DNA from: Acidimicrobiia bacterium
GTDB lineage: Bacteria; Actinomycetota; Acidimicrobiia; Spongiisociales; SHLN01
Assembly: GCA_013002865.1 (NCBI GenBank)
Contig: JABDLU010000202.1
Span: forward strand, 1,062 to 65,061
Reading direction: 5' to 3'
DNA length: 64,000 nt
Part shown: positions 36,529-46,184 of the stretch, one piece after another
Layout of the letters: each line of letters starts with the position of its first letter
How positions within the stretch are numbered: the first letter of the stretch is position 1
Translations under genes and position numbers: made by a program
The notes under the pieces: model-generated
Databases searched by the model: none
Told to the model about the DNA's origin: nothing
Seen by the model: the letters and a program-made list of their open reading frames with translations, nothing else

Positions 36529-38900
36529 CCAGTTTCGCCCTGCTCGGGCTGGTCGTCCTGCGTCTTCGCAGGCTGTTCCTGCCGACCGAGACCGGGCTCC
36601 CCTGGCCCGTCGTCGTCATCGCAGCGGGGTTGCTCGGAGCGGTGCTCACGTGGGCGACGTTGCGCGCCCGGTTCGGCATCGTCACCGTCCTGCTCGTCCA
36701 TGCGCTGGTGTTCGCCCTGTTCACGTTCACCTATGTCGGCGGGGAGCTGGCCGGCACCACGATCCCGCCGGTAGACGTCGCCGGCGACATCCTCACCGAG
36801 GTCTCCGATGCGCTGACCATCTTCCGATTCTCGGCACCGCCGGTCACGCCCCTGGCCGGGATCGTCGTGCTGGCCGGGATGATGGTCTGGGCACTATCGG
36901 CGGTAGCCACCTGGGGACTTCTCAACGCCAGCCCCTATCTGGGGATCGTCCCGCCGGTCGTCTTCTACCTGCAGCTGGCCGTGATCGACCGCCAGACCAC
37001 GGGCATGCTGTGGACCGCCACCTTGCTCGTCCTGGTCGGCTCAGGCCTGGCAGCTATCGCCGCCGACCAGCGCACGGGCGGGGGCCATGCCGGCCCGGGC
37101 CGTCAGAAGGCCCGCCTGCAAGCGGTGGCGCTTCCGGTGCTCGCCATCGCCGCGGTCACGGTGCTGTCGGTTTTTGCCACCCGGCAGGCGGTTCGGGCCG
37201 AAGCGGTTCCGTCCACCGGATTGCTCGACTGGACCAACCGGGCGGGCATCGGCGGCGGGTTTGGCAGCATTTCGTACAACCCCTTCATCGATGTGCAGCG
37301 CCGGCTGGTATCCAACTCCCCGCAGCCGGTGTTCGCCGCCAGCGTGACGGGAGACGTGGCCGACGGTGAGCTGTACTGGCGCCTGCTCACCATGGACAAC
37401 TTCAACGGCGACTGGTGGTACGCCTCGAACGATGACCTCGAGAAGCTCGACGAGACCGGCTGGGAGGACGACGCCTACGAGTTCCGCGGAGAGACCCGGG
37501 CGGTTCAGCAAGACATCACAATTCTCGATCTCGGCTCGGCCTGGCTGCCGGCCGCCTACTCCCCCGTCGGCCTGTTCTCCGAGGAGCGCATCATCGCCAA
37601 CACCACCCGGATCGATCCGATCGATGGGTCGCTGCACATCGATGGGGTCACCGGCCGCGGCATGACCTATCGCATCCAGTCGGTGGTCCCCGACGTGAAC
37701 GTGGCCGTGCTGGCCGGCGACGAGGACGGGGCCCTGTCGCCGCTCTTCCAGGAAGCGGCCGGCGAAGGACGGTTCCCCCCGGTGCCCGCCCCGGCCCCCA
37801 CGCTCGAGCAGCCGCGCGACATCGAGCGCTACACCCAGCTGCCACGGGGATTCGATACATCGGGACGGCTTCGTCAACTCGCCGAGGGAATCACGTTCGG
37901 CCTCGAAACCGACTATGAAAAGGCGCTGGCGCTGGAGCATTTCTTCCGGGACGATGCCCTCTTTACGTACTCCACCAACGTGGCACCAAACGAGCGGGAC
38001 AGCGGGCTGGAGGATTGGCTCCTCAACCCGGCCTCCCCCGGCTACCGGGTGGGCTACTGCGAGCAGTTCTCGGCCTCGATGGGAGTGCTGGCCCGCCTGC
38101 TCGACATCCCCACCCGAACCGTGCTCGGCTTCACCCCCGGAGAGATTCGGTCAGACGGGACGGTGCTCGTGCGGGATCGCAACGCCCACGCCTGGGTCGA
38201 GGTGTGGCTGCCGGCCCAGGGCTGGGTGCGCTTCGACCCCACACCGCGTTCTGATGGCGTCAACCCGACCACGTTCGAGGAGACCGGGTTCTCGGCCACC
38301 GACCTCGACCGCTACTTCACCCGGATCGACCAGGCCGCCCGCGACGCCCTGAGCAGTGCCGGCGGCGGCGGTGATCCGGCAGTGCGCGATCCCAACCTGG
38401 AGGAGCTCAATCGCTTCCCAGGAGGCAGCGGAGGCGACGCCGGCTCCGATGGGGGCGGCCTATCGCTGCCGAGCTGGCTGCAGCCCGCCGTCCTGGTGCT
38501 CGTCCTCGTCGCCGGGGTGCTTGGCATCGTGCCGGCAGTCAAACGGCGCCGGCGGCGCCGGCGCTTGCGGCGGCTCCGGGAGGGCGACATCGGGGCAGCC
38601 TGGGCCGAGATCGTCGACCGTCTGATCGACTCAGGCGTGGGACTCGACCGGTCGGCCACGCCCATCGAGGTGGCCGACCGCACCGACGCGGCGCTCGAGC
38701 CGCTGGCGGAGGTATACAGCCGGGCGGTGTACGGACCGGACCCGCAGGTCGATGGACCGTCGGTCGACGTTGCGCTGGCCAGCCTGACGGCAACCGAGGA
38801 TCGGCTCACAACCCGGGAAAGCCGCTGGCGGAGAATCCGGCGAACCTACCGGCTGCAGTCGCTGCTCCCCGACTGGATCAAGAAGGCCCGGCGCCGCTGA
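36504..38900 (+). CDS. Membrane transglutaminase-like protein (TgpA/DUF3488 type)
   Basis: Multiple TM helices; catalytic triad motifs GYCEQF, AHAWVEV, FDPTP. Confidence 0.92.
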   Translation: MVYRLTWVASFALLGLVVLRLRRLFLPTETGLPWPVVVIAAGLLGAVLTWATLRARFGIVTVLLVHALVFALFTFTYVGGELAGTTIPPVDVAGDILTEVSDALTIFRFSAPPVTPLAGIVVLAGMMVWALSAVATWGLLNASPYLGIVPPVVFYLQLAVIDRQTTGMLWTATLLVLVGSGLAAIAADQRTGGGHAGPGRQKARLQAVALPVLAIAAVTVLSVFATRQAVRAEAVPSTGLLDWTNRAGIGGGFGSISYNPFIDVQRRLVSNSPQPVFAASVTGDVADGELYWRLLTMDNFNGDWWYASNDDLEKLDETGWEDDAYEFRGETRAVQQDITILDLGSAWLPAAYSPVGLFSEERIIANTTRIDPIDGSLHIDGVTGRGMTYRIQSVVPDVNVAVLAGDEDGALSPLFQEAAGEGRFPPVPAPAPTLEQPRDIERYTQLPRGFDTSGRLRQLAEGITFGLETDYEKALALEHFFRDDALFTYSTNVAPNERDSGLEDWLLNPASPGYRVGYCEQFSASMGVLARLLDIPTRTVLGFTPGEIRSDGTVLVRDRNAHAWVEVWLPAQGWVRFDPTPRSDGVNPTTFEETGFSATDLDRYFTRIDQAARDALSSAGGGGDPAVRDPNLEELNRFPGGSGGDAGSDGGGLSLPSWLQPAVLVLVLVAGVLGIVPAVKRRRRRRRLRRLREGDIGAAWAEIVDRLIDSGVGLDRSATPIEVADRTDAALEPLAEVYSRAVYGPDPQVDGPSVDVALASLTATEDRLTTRESRWRRIRRTYRLQSLLPDWIKKARRR

Positions 38901-38904
38901 TTCG

Positions 38905-39390
38905 CTAGTTGCCGGACGCTTCCTGCATGATGTCGTCCTCGACCTCGCGCAGCGTCTCGAGGAACTTCTCCCGGTCGAGCTCGAAGCGGGTCACGTCGTC
39001 GGCGACGGATCGGGCGATCTTGTCGATCGCTCCAAAGAAGGCCATCTGCCCCTCCCGCAGCGCGTCGAGGAGCGCTTCGTCGTCCACCGAGTAGATGGTG
39101 GCGCCGTCGGTGACCAGGGACACCTCGGAGAGATGCTTGTCCATATTGCCGGTGCGCCGCAGGTAGTTCCATGCCCGCCGGACCCGCTGCAGGGACATGC
39201 CGTTGTCGAGCAGGCTCTTGACGACCCGCAGTGCCACGACGTCGCGGAACGAGTAGAGGCGGCGTTTACCTGGACGACCGCCGGTGGTTTGCAGTGACGG
39301 AACAACCAGGTTCACCCGATCCCAGTAGCGGAGTTGGTGTGCGGTACAGCTGGTCAACTTGATCGCTTGCTGCGCCGTGAAACCTTCCAA
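38905..39390 (-). CDS. MerR family transcriptional regulator (Rv1830-like)
   Basis: QLRYWDR...VVPS...RRLYSFRDVVALRVVKSLLDNGMSLQ. Confidence 0.88.
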   Translation of the reverse strand: MEGFTAQQAIKLTSCTAHQLRYWDRVNLVVPSLQTTGGRPGKRRLYSFRDVVALRVVKSLLDNGMSLQRVRRAWNYLRRTGNMDKHLSEVSLVTDGATIYSVDDEALLDALREGQMAFFGAIDKIARSVADDVTRFELDREKFLETLREVEDDIMQEASGN

Positions 39391-39500
39391 CCCAAATCCC
39401 TCCGCGTGTGCCCGATTTTCCTACGAGTCGCCGATGGGATGTGTGGCGTCCCGCTTCCTTGCCTCGCCGTGGCGAGACGCTCACTCTAGCTACGCGCGAC

Positions 39501-39839
39501 CTAGCGCCGCCACTTGGAGCGGAGCCGCTCGATCCAGGGCTCGACGCCGAGACCGGAGGTGCCGGGAGCGGCCGTCCGCCGCCGGATGGCGAGAACGAAA
39601 ACGGAGGCTGATCCGACCATGACGACAAAGCCGAGCATGGCGATCAAGGTGTTGGCAGTGAAGAAAATCAGCATGAAGGCGAGGCCGGCAACGAACCCGG
39701 CGAGGCTGAGGCGAGTGGAGCGACGGAACGTGTCGGAGGCGGAAGCAGTGCGGACGGCCTTGGCGAGCTTGGGGTCGTCCTGGAGAAACTGACGTTCGAT
39801 CTCGTCGAGGATTCTCTGTTCTTTGTCGTTGAGCGGCAC
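39501..39839 (-). CDS. DUF3040 domain protein
   Basis: MPLNDKEQRILDEIERQFLQDDPKLA plus two TM helices. Confidence 0.9.
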   Translation of the reverse strand: MPLNDKEQRILDEIERQFLQDDPKLAKAVRTASASDTFRRSTRLSLAGFVAGLAFMLIFFTANTLIAMLGFVVMVGSASVFVLAIRRRTAAPGTSGLGVEPWIERLRSKWRR

Positions 39840-39912
39840 GGCTACTCCCTGCCCGGCACCGGTGCGTGGACTGCAGTATACCGATCGTCGGTTGTACAGA
39901 ACTTCTGAATAG

Positions 39913-41151
39913 TCACAGTATCCCCGTCTCTCGACGGCCGCCGGCGGCGTCCTCCGGAGGTGAAATCAGCCGGGCAGGCGTGACGGCATCGTCGCCGAAG
40001 CGGGCCCGGATCTGGTCGAGCGTGGCAGTGACGTCGTCCCACGCAACCGCCCGGTCGAGCCCGAGCTGGCGAGGGGCCCCGGCAGGCTCGAGCCCACTGA
40101 CGCCCACCCCGAGCAGCCGCACGGGGCGGGACCCGTCCACCCGGGTGAGGAGGTCCGCCACGACGGTGAAGAGATCTCGCGACACGTCGACCGGCGTATC
40201 CAGGGTGTGGCTGCGGCTCACCGTGGTGAAGTCGGGGTACCGCACCTTGAGCGTGATCGTCCGTCCGGCCAGCCCGGCGCGGCGCAGCCGCCAGCCGACC
40301 TTCTCGGTCTGTCGCAGCAGCTCGGCTTCGATACGGTCGGGATCCACCAGGTCGCGGGCAAAGGTCTCCTCGACCGAGACCGACTTGGCTTCGCCGTCGG
40401 GGCTCACCGGGCGCTCATCGATGCCGCGGGCCAGCGCCGAGAGGTGGGCCCCCAGGCTGGCACCCAGCCGGCGCTCCAGGACCTCCCGCGGCGTGGCTGC
40501 CAGGTCCCCGATGAGGTCGATGCCGAGGCTCTCCAACGTCGCGTAGGTGGCCTCGCCGACGCCCCACAGCCGCCGGACCGGCAGCGGGTGGAGGAACGCC
40601 TCGGCATCTGCCGTTCGCACCCAGCGCAGCCCGTCCGGCTTGGCTTCCTCGGAGGCCAGCTTGGCAAGCAGCTTGGTGGGAGCCGCCCCGACCGAGGCGG
40701 GCAGGCCGAGTTCGTCGCGCAACCGGGCCCGGATGTGCTCACCGACCGCAGCCGGGGTCTCGAAGTGGAGCCGGAGCCCGGACACGTCGAGGAACGCCTC
40801 ATCCACCGACAGCCCCTCAACGAGGGGCGTCGTCTCCCGGAAGACGGCGAACACCTGCTCGGAGACCGCCCGGTACCGTCCATGGGTCGGGGCGATATAC
40901 CGTGCCCGGGGACAGTGCTTGCGGGCCTGAGCCATCGGCATGGCCGACCGCACGCCGTAGCGGCGGGCTTCGTAGCTGGCCGCCGCGACGACGCCCCGGC
41001 TCCCGAGGCCGCCCACGATGACCGGAACCCCTCGCAGCGTCGCATCGGTGAGGCGCTCCACCTCTACGAAGAAGGCATCCATGTCGACGTGGAGAATCGG
41101 TTCCGTGAAGGACGCGCCCATCGTGGGGCGCTCAGCAGACGGGTGGCTCAT
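39913..41151 (-). CDS. dinB: DNA polymerase IV
   Basis: HVDMDAFF, ASYEAR, SVDEAFL, KLAS...KPDG, VRLLGV; start may be 41121. Confidence 0.96.
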   Translation of the reverse strand: MSHPSAERPTMGASFTEPILHVDMDAFFVEVERLTDATLRGVPVIVGGLGSRGVVAAASYEARRYGVRSAMPMAQARKHCPRARYIAPTHGRYRAVSEQVFAVFRETTPLVEGLSVDEAFLDVSGLRLHFETPAAVGEHIRARLRDELGLPASVGAAPTKLLAKLASEEAKPDGLRWVRTADAEAFLHPLPVRRLWGVGEATYATLESLGIDLIGDLAATPREVLERRLGASLGAHLSALARGIDERPVSPDGEAKSVSVEETFARDLVDPDRIEAELLRQTEKVGWRLRRAGLAGRTITLKVRYPDFTTVSRSHTLDTPVDVSRDLFTVVADLLTRVDGSRPVRLLGVGVSGLEPAGAPRQLGLDRAVAWDDVTATLDQIRARFGDDAVTPARLISPPEDAAGGRRETGIL

Positions 41152-41425
41152 CGCGCCGGGAGCGACGTGCCTTGTCGGCCTCCGACAGGGCCGCCCACTC
41201 AGCCAGCGACCGCACCACGAGAACCGAAACAATCAGCACCCCGATGAAACCGACTGCCGCCCCCATCGTCCCCCACAGGATCTGCTCGCCGGTGCAGCCG
41301 TCCGTGCCGCAGGAGAGGCCGGCGACCCGGCTGCCGACGAAGTAGCCCACCGCGGCCGCGATCAGGACCGGAATCGCCACCCACGGGTTGGGCAGCCGCC
41401 GGGTGGGCTGCTCAGTTTGGGACAT
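41132..41425 (-). CDS. Hypothetical small membrane protein
   Basis: Two TM helices flanking a C-x4-C loop (SCGTDGC); overlaps both neighbours. Confidence 0.65.
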   Translation of the reverse strand: MSQTEQPTRRLPNPWVAIPVLIAAAVGYFVGSRVAGLSCGTDGCTGEQILWGTMGAAVGFIGVLIVSVLVVRSLAEWAALSEADKARRSRRDEPPVC

Positions 41426-42176
41426 CGCCTGGCTTCTTTCGGGGTCGGCCGCGCTCATCGTATCCCGCCTTCGCCAGCAACTCGGGAGGAACCAGCTCCG
41501 GAGGGACTGCCACTCCCGGTGCCGACGGGATCAGCGGCCGGACCGCCTGAGCCGACCCCGGCAGCCATGCCAGCACCGCCAGCGCCCCACCGAGTACCAC
41601 CAGCACGACGGCGCCTCCCGGCGGGGATTGCACGGCGGCCGCCACCAGTGCAGCCGGCACCGCCAGCCGGGCCCCCCACAGGCCGGCCGACACGGCCCGG
41701 GCATAGCCCCACGCTACGAGCAGCGCGGCTCCGGCCGCCACCCAGTGCATCGCCCGCGGCCCGGCCGGTGCCGACACTCCCGCGCCGGCGGGAACGAACA
41801 CCAGCGCAATGGCGAGCATCATCGACGCCGGTGGTAGCGGATCGGCGGCGGGCAACCGGCGTAGAAAGCCGTCGAGCCAGGGACCGAGCAGCAACATAAG
41901 ACAGGTCGCCGTTGCGCCCAGGGCCACCCAGCCGGCGATCGAAAACTCGAGCGTCAGCGCCAGGGCGAGCTGGCCGGCCATGAGCCCGAGACCGAGCCGG
42001 CGGGCCCAGCGAGCCCGCACCATCACCAGGCCGACGACCGACACGGCCGAGGCGACCATCACCGAGATGGCCACCAGGGCGGCGGAGCCGTCGGCGAGAG
42101 CGTCGGGTGACACCAGCAGCCGGACACTCGTGGCGATCCCGGCCACCAGGACGGATGCGGCGACGATAAATCCCAT
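41412..42176 (-). CDS. Hypothetical integral membrane protein
   Basis: Multiple hydrophobic helices; CATAAT 6 nt before the ATG. Confidence 0.7.
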   Translation of the reverse strand: MGFIVAASVLVAGIATSVRLLVSPDALADGSAALVAISVMVASAVSVVGLVMVRARWARRLGLGLMAGQLALALTLEFSIAGWVALGATATCLMLLLGPWLDGFLRRLPAADPLPPASMMLAIALVFVPAGAGVSAPAGPRAMHWVAAGAALLVAWGYARAVSAGLWGARLAVPAALVAAAVQSPPGGAVVLVVLGGALAVLAWLPGSAQAVRPLIPSAPGVAVPPELVPPELLAKAGYDERGRPRKKPGDVPN

Positions 42177-42208
42177 GGGAGGATTATGGTGCGCGCCCGG
42201 TTCTCCGG

Positions 42209-42844
42209 TCAGGGCGAGCTCACCGGCGGCCATTCCGGAGGCGGGGGGCCGTCAATGGTGGGAGTCCACGAGCCGGTCTCCACCCACGGATCGCCGGGCT
42301 CGAGGGTGAGAACGTCGCAATGGCCGGGACGATCCTGGTGGAGCTCGTCGAGTGGAAGGCCCCGCAGCACCAGCCGGCCGGCCTGGATCGGGTCCTGATG
42401 ACTGACGAGGATGATCTTCCCGTCTTCGTGTCCGGCGGCGAGCTCCCGGGCGGCGGCGGCGATTCGCTCTCCGAGCCGGGGAATCGATTCCTCGGCAAAC
42501 GGCAGATCGGTCGGGTGCTCGAGGTAGGCCTCCAGCTCTCCCGGGAACACCTCCGGTATCCGCTCCTAGGTGATTCCTTTCCAACGCCGGGCCACCAGCC
42601 ACTCGGTGAGATCGGGACGGGTCTGAACCTCGAGGCCGCAGGCCGCCCCGATGATGCCGGCCGTCTCCTGGGCACGTTGCAGCGGCGAGGCATAGATTGC
42701 TTCCGCCCCCACCCCCGCCAGGTGTTTGGCGGCAGCCGCAGCCTCCGCCCGCCCCCGGTCGCTGAGGCCGAACCCGGGCATGTCGGCGTAGACCACCCGG
42801 TCGGGATTGTCGACCTCGCCGTGCCGAACCAGGTAGACGGTCAC
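42209..42844 (-). pseudogene. Histidine phosphatase family gene interrupted by an in-frame TAG
   Basis: RHG motif, SPLQRAQET and later VSH are in one frame; TAG at 42566-42568 in ...WKGIT*ERIPEVF. Confidence 0.8.
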
Positions 42845-42854
42845 GGGTGGATGC

Positions 42855-44099
42855 TCACCCGTACCGGGAGAAGACGAGAGCCACGTTGTGGCCACCGAAC
42901 CCGAAGGAATTGGTCATCGCCGTGTCGATGACCTGGCGGCGGGCCTGGTTCGGGACGTAGTCGAGGTCACAGTCTGGGTCGGGAGTCTCGAGGTTGATGG
43001 TGGGGGGTAGCACCCCATCGCGTATCGCCAGCAGGCACACCAGCGACTCGAGGGCCCCGGCGCCGCCCAGGAGGTGCCCGGTCATCGATTTGGTGGAGGA
43101 GATTGCCACCGCCCGGGCACCCTCCTCACCGAACACCAGCTTGATGGCGGCGGTCTCGGTGGCGTCGTTGGCAGGCGTCGAGGTGCCGTGGGCGTTGATG
43201 TAGTCGATGTTGGCTGCGGCCAGCCCGGCATCGTCCAGGGCCGCCTGCATGGCGCGGGCTGCTCCCATCCCGCCGGGGCGGGGAAGCGTCATGTGATAGG
43301 CATCGGCCGACATGCCGTAGCCGGTCAGCTCGCCGTAGATCGTGGCGCCGCGGGCGAGGGCGTGGTCGGCCTCTTCCAGCACGAGAACGGCGGCCCCTTC
43401 GGCCATGACGAACCCGTCCCGGTCGGCATCGAACGGGCGGGAGGCGCCTTCGGGATCGTCGTTGCGGGTGGAGAGCGCCCGGGTGTTAGCGAAGCCGCCG
43501 ACGGCGAATTCGCACACCGGAGCCTCCGAGCCTCCGGCCACCATGATGTCGGCATCACCGCGCCGGATGACGCTGGCGGCGTCGCCGAGCGCGTTGGCCG
43601 AGGCCGCGCAGGCGGTGACGGCGGCCGTGTTCGGACCGAGCAGGTTGAAGCTGATCGAGGCGAGCCCGGCCGCCATGTTGGAGATGATCTGGGGGATAGC
43701 AAAGGGGCTGATACGGTCGGCTCCCCTGGTCCGCATCACATCCATCTGCTCCTGGAATGAAATCACGCCGCCGATGCCCGACCCGACCGCCACACCAGAG
43801 CGGGTGGCGAGCTCATCGTCCTCACTGAAGTCCAGGCCGCTGTCGGCCATCGCCTGAGAGGTCGCCGCCCAGAACAGCTGGGCATACCGGTCCATCCGGC
43901 GGGCCTCTTTGCGATCGAGGTATTCCTCGGGGTCGAAATCGGGGACCTCGGCGGCGATCGACACCTTCAGATGGGAGGCGTCGAAGGAGCTGATCGTCCC
44001 GACGCCGGACACGCCGCTCTGGGCGTTCTTCCAGAAGCTGTCGACGTCGCGACCGATCGGATTGACCGTCCCGAGGCCGGTTACGACCACACGGCGCAT
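42855..44099 (-). CDS. fabF: Beta-ketoacyl-ACP synthase II
   Basis: RRVVVTGLG, TACA, NAHGTST, GHLLG, NSFGFGGHN. Confidence 0.97.
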   Translation of the reverse strand: MRRVVVTGLGTVNPIGRDVDSFWKNAQSGVSGVGTISSFDASHLKVSIAAEVPDFDPEEYLDRKEARRMDRYAQLFWAATSQAMADSGLDFSEDDELATRSGVAVGSGIGGVISFQEQMDVMRTRGADRISPFAIPQIISNMAAGLASISFNLLGPNTAAVTACAASANALGDAASVIRRGDADIMVAGGSEAPVCEFAVGGFANTRALSTRNDDPEGASRPFDADRDGFVMAEGAAVLVLEEADHALARGATIYGELTGYGMSADAYHMTLPRPGGMGAARAMQAALDDAGLAAANIDYINAHGTSTPANDATETAAIKLVFGEEGARAVAISSTKSMTGHLLGGAGALESLVCLLAIRDGVLPPTINLETPDPDCDLDYVPNQARRQVIDTAMTNSFGFGGHNVALVFSRYG

Positions 44100-44100
44100 G

Positions 44101-44346
44101 TCAGCCGTCGAGCTTGGCGATGACGAGATCCACAGCCTGGCCGACGTTGCCGATCTGCTCGGCCTCTTCGTCTGGGATCTTCACATCGAAGTTGTCTTCC
44201 AGCGCCATGAGTAGCTCGACGACGCCGAGCGAGTCGATCTCGAGGTCCTCTTCGAAGCGCGCCTCCATGGTGATGCGATCGGCTTCGACGCCCAGCTCGT
44301 CTACCAGCAAGCCGGTCAGCTTCTTCTGTACTTCTTCTCGATCCAC
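44101..44346 (-). CDS. acpP: Acyl carrier protein
   Basis: EDLEIDSL phosphopantetheine site. Confidence 0.95.
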   Translation of the reverse strand: MDREEVQKKLTGLLVDELGVEADRITMEARFEEDLEIDSLGVVELLMALEDNFDVKIPDEEAEQIGNVGQAVDLVIAKLDG

Positions 44347-44357
44347 GGCTGTCCCTC

Positions 44358-45089
44358 CTATATCGCCAGGCCGCCATCGACGACCAGCACCTGTCCGGTT
44401 ACGTATCCCGCCTGCTCGGAGGCAAGATAGCCAACGGCGGCGGAAATCTCGTCGACGGTCCCGAACCGTCCGACCGCAGTTTGGCCGAAGACGGCCTCCC
44501 GCATTGACTCATCGATCCGGGCGGTCATGTCGGTCTCGATGAACCCGGGGGCCACCGCATTCACGGTGATGCCCCGGGAGCCGACCTCTTTGGAGATCGA
44601 TTTGGTGAACCCGATGATCCCGGCCTTGGCAGCGGCGTAGTTGGCCTGTCCGGCATTGCCGGAGATCCCCGACACCGACGTGATGGAGATGATCCGGCCC
44701 CACCGGGCCCGCACCATCGGTCGCAGGGCCGCCTTGGTGCAGAGGAACACCGAGCGCAGATTGACGGCCAGCACCTCATCCCACTCCTCCGGGGACATAC
44801 GCAGCAGGAGGTTGTCGCGCACGATGCCGGCGTTGTTGACGAGGATCTCGACCGGGCCGAGGCGTTCTTCGACGGCGGCAAACAGCTCGGTGGCACCCGC
44901 TTCTGTGCCGACGTCGGCGGCGACGGCTATCGCCTCGCCCCCGGCGGCTCCGATACCGGCCACCACCGCGTCGGCCTCGTCCTTGGCGCGCACGTAGTTG
45001 ACGGCCACCCGGTGGCCGGCGCCGGCGAGATGCTCGGAAATGGCGCGCCCGATGCCGCGCGACCCGCCGGTGACGAGAGCAACTCTCAT
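44358..45089 (-). CDS. fabG: 3-oxoacyl-ACP reductase
   Basis: TGGSRGIG, NNAG, YAAAK, PGFIETDMT. Confidence 0.95.
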   Translation of the reverse strand: MRVALVTGGSRGIGRAISEHLAGAGHRVAVNYVRAKDEADAVVAGIGAAGGEAIAVAADVGTEAGATELFAAVEERLGPVEILVNNAGIVRDNLLLRMSPEEWDEVLAVNLRSVFLCTKAALRPMVRARWGRIISITSVSGISGNAGQANYAAAKAGIIGFTKSISKEVGSRGITVNAVAPGFIETDMTARIDESMREAVFGQTAVGRFGTVDEISAAVGYLASEQAGYVTGQVLVVDGGLAI

Positions 45090-46174
45090 CGGTCCGGCCC
45101 ACCGCCGAAATAGGCAAAGTTCTCGGCCAGCAACGCCATGACGTCGCCGTCGGTGGGTGGCAGCTCGGCGTCTGACACGCCGAGCGGCTCGGTGCGGCTG
45201 CCGAACTCATAGGCGGCAGCTGCCCAGCTCAGACCCGCCCCGAAGGCGGCAAAGACGATGCGGGCGCCCGGCTCGACCCGCCCCATCTCGAGCGCCTCGG
45301 TGAGCGCAATTGGGATGGTGGCCGCCGAGGTGTTTCCGTACGAGGCGATGTTGATGAACACTTTGGCGGGGTCGAGGTGCAGGCGGCGGGCGGTGGCGTC
45401 GATGATCCGGATGTTGGCCTGGTGGGGAATCAGTATGTCGACGTCGTCCAGCGCCCAGCCGGCTTGTTCGACAACGGCCGCGGCGGCATCACCCATGGCG
45501 GTGACCGCCTTCTTGAACACCTCAGGGCCGTTCATCTCGACGGCCAGGTGCTTGTGGTTGCTCTCCAGCGCCACCCGGTCGGTGGCCGTGCCGCTGCCGG
45601 GCGCCCACAGCAGCTTGGCGAGCGATCCGTCCGATCCCATGCGAGAGCCCTTCAGGCCCCCCGGCTCGTCGGTTGCCTGTACGACGACGGCTCCGGCGCC
45701 ATCACCAAACAGCACGGCGGTACCACGGTCGGTGAAGTCGATGAAGTAGGTCAGCCGCTCGGCTCCGATCACCAGCGCCGACTCGACGATTCCGGCCTGG
45801 ACCATCCCCGATGCCGTGATCAGGCTGTAGAGAAAGCCCGAGCAGGCGGCGTTCTGGTCGACGGCACCGGCATTGACGGCCCCGAGGCGGTCCTGGACCA
45901 GGGAGGCTGCGCTGGGCAGGAGCATGTCGGGCGTGCAGGTCGCCACGCTCACCAGGTCTACATCCGGCGGCTCAAGCCCGGCCGCCGCCAGCGCCCGGAA
46001 GCCGGCCACGGTGGCCAGCTCGGCGGTCCCGACATGGCTGATGCGGCGTTCCTTGATGCCGGTCCGCGAGGTGATCCAGTCGTCGCTGGTGTCAACCAGC
46101 ATCTCCAGATCGTGATTGGTCAGCACGGTCGGTGGCAGGCATTTGCCCCACCCGGTAATCGCAGAGCCGGTCAC
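45086..46174 (-). CDS. fabH: Beta-ketoacyl-ACP synthase III
   Basis: DTSDDWI, AACSGF, HQAN, GNTSAA. Confidence 0.96.
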   Translation of the reverse strand: MTGSAITGWGKCLPPTVLTNHDLEMLVDTSDDWITSRTGIKERRISHVGTAELATVAGFRALAAAGLEPPDVDLVSVATCTPDMLLPSAASLVQDRLGAVNAGAVDQNAACSGFLYSLITASGMVQAGIVESALVIGAERLTYFIDFTDRGTAVLFGDGAGAVVVQATDEPGGLKGSRMGSDGSLAKLLWAPGSGTATDRVALESNHKHLAVEMNGPEVFKKAVTAMGDAAAAVVEQAGWALDDVDILIPHQANIRIIDATARRLHLDPAKVFINIASYGNTSAATIPIALTEALEMGRVEPGARIVFAAFGAGLSWAAAAYEFGSRTEPLGVSDAELPPTDGDVMALLAENFAYFGGGPDR

Positions 46175-46184
46175 GTCGTACCCG

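Noticed and set aside
41152..41230. SOS box or PafBC promoter upstream of dinB
   Set aside because: A TGTCGG is present but lacks a correctly spaced TAnnnT and lies in coding sequence; no CGAAC-N4-GTTCG seen.
42566..42568. Genome-wide TAG reassignment
   Set aside because: pfk, murG, glgP, alaC, ilvD and proS end at TAG at their expected C-termini.
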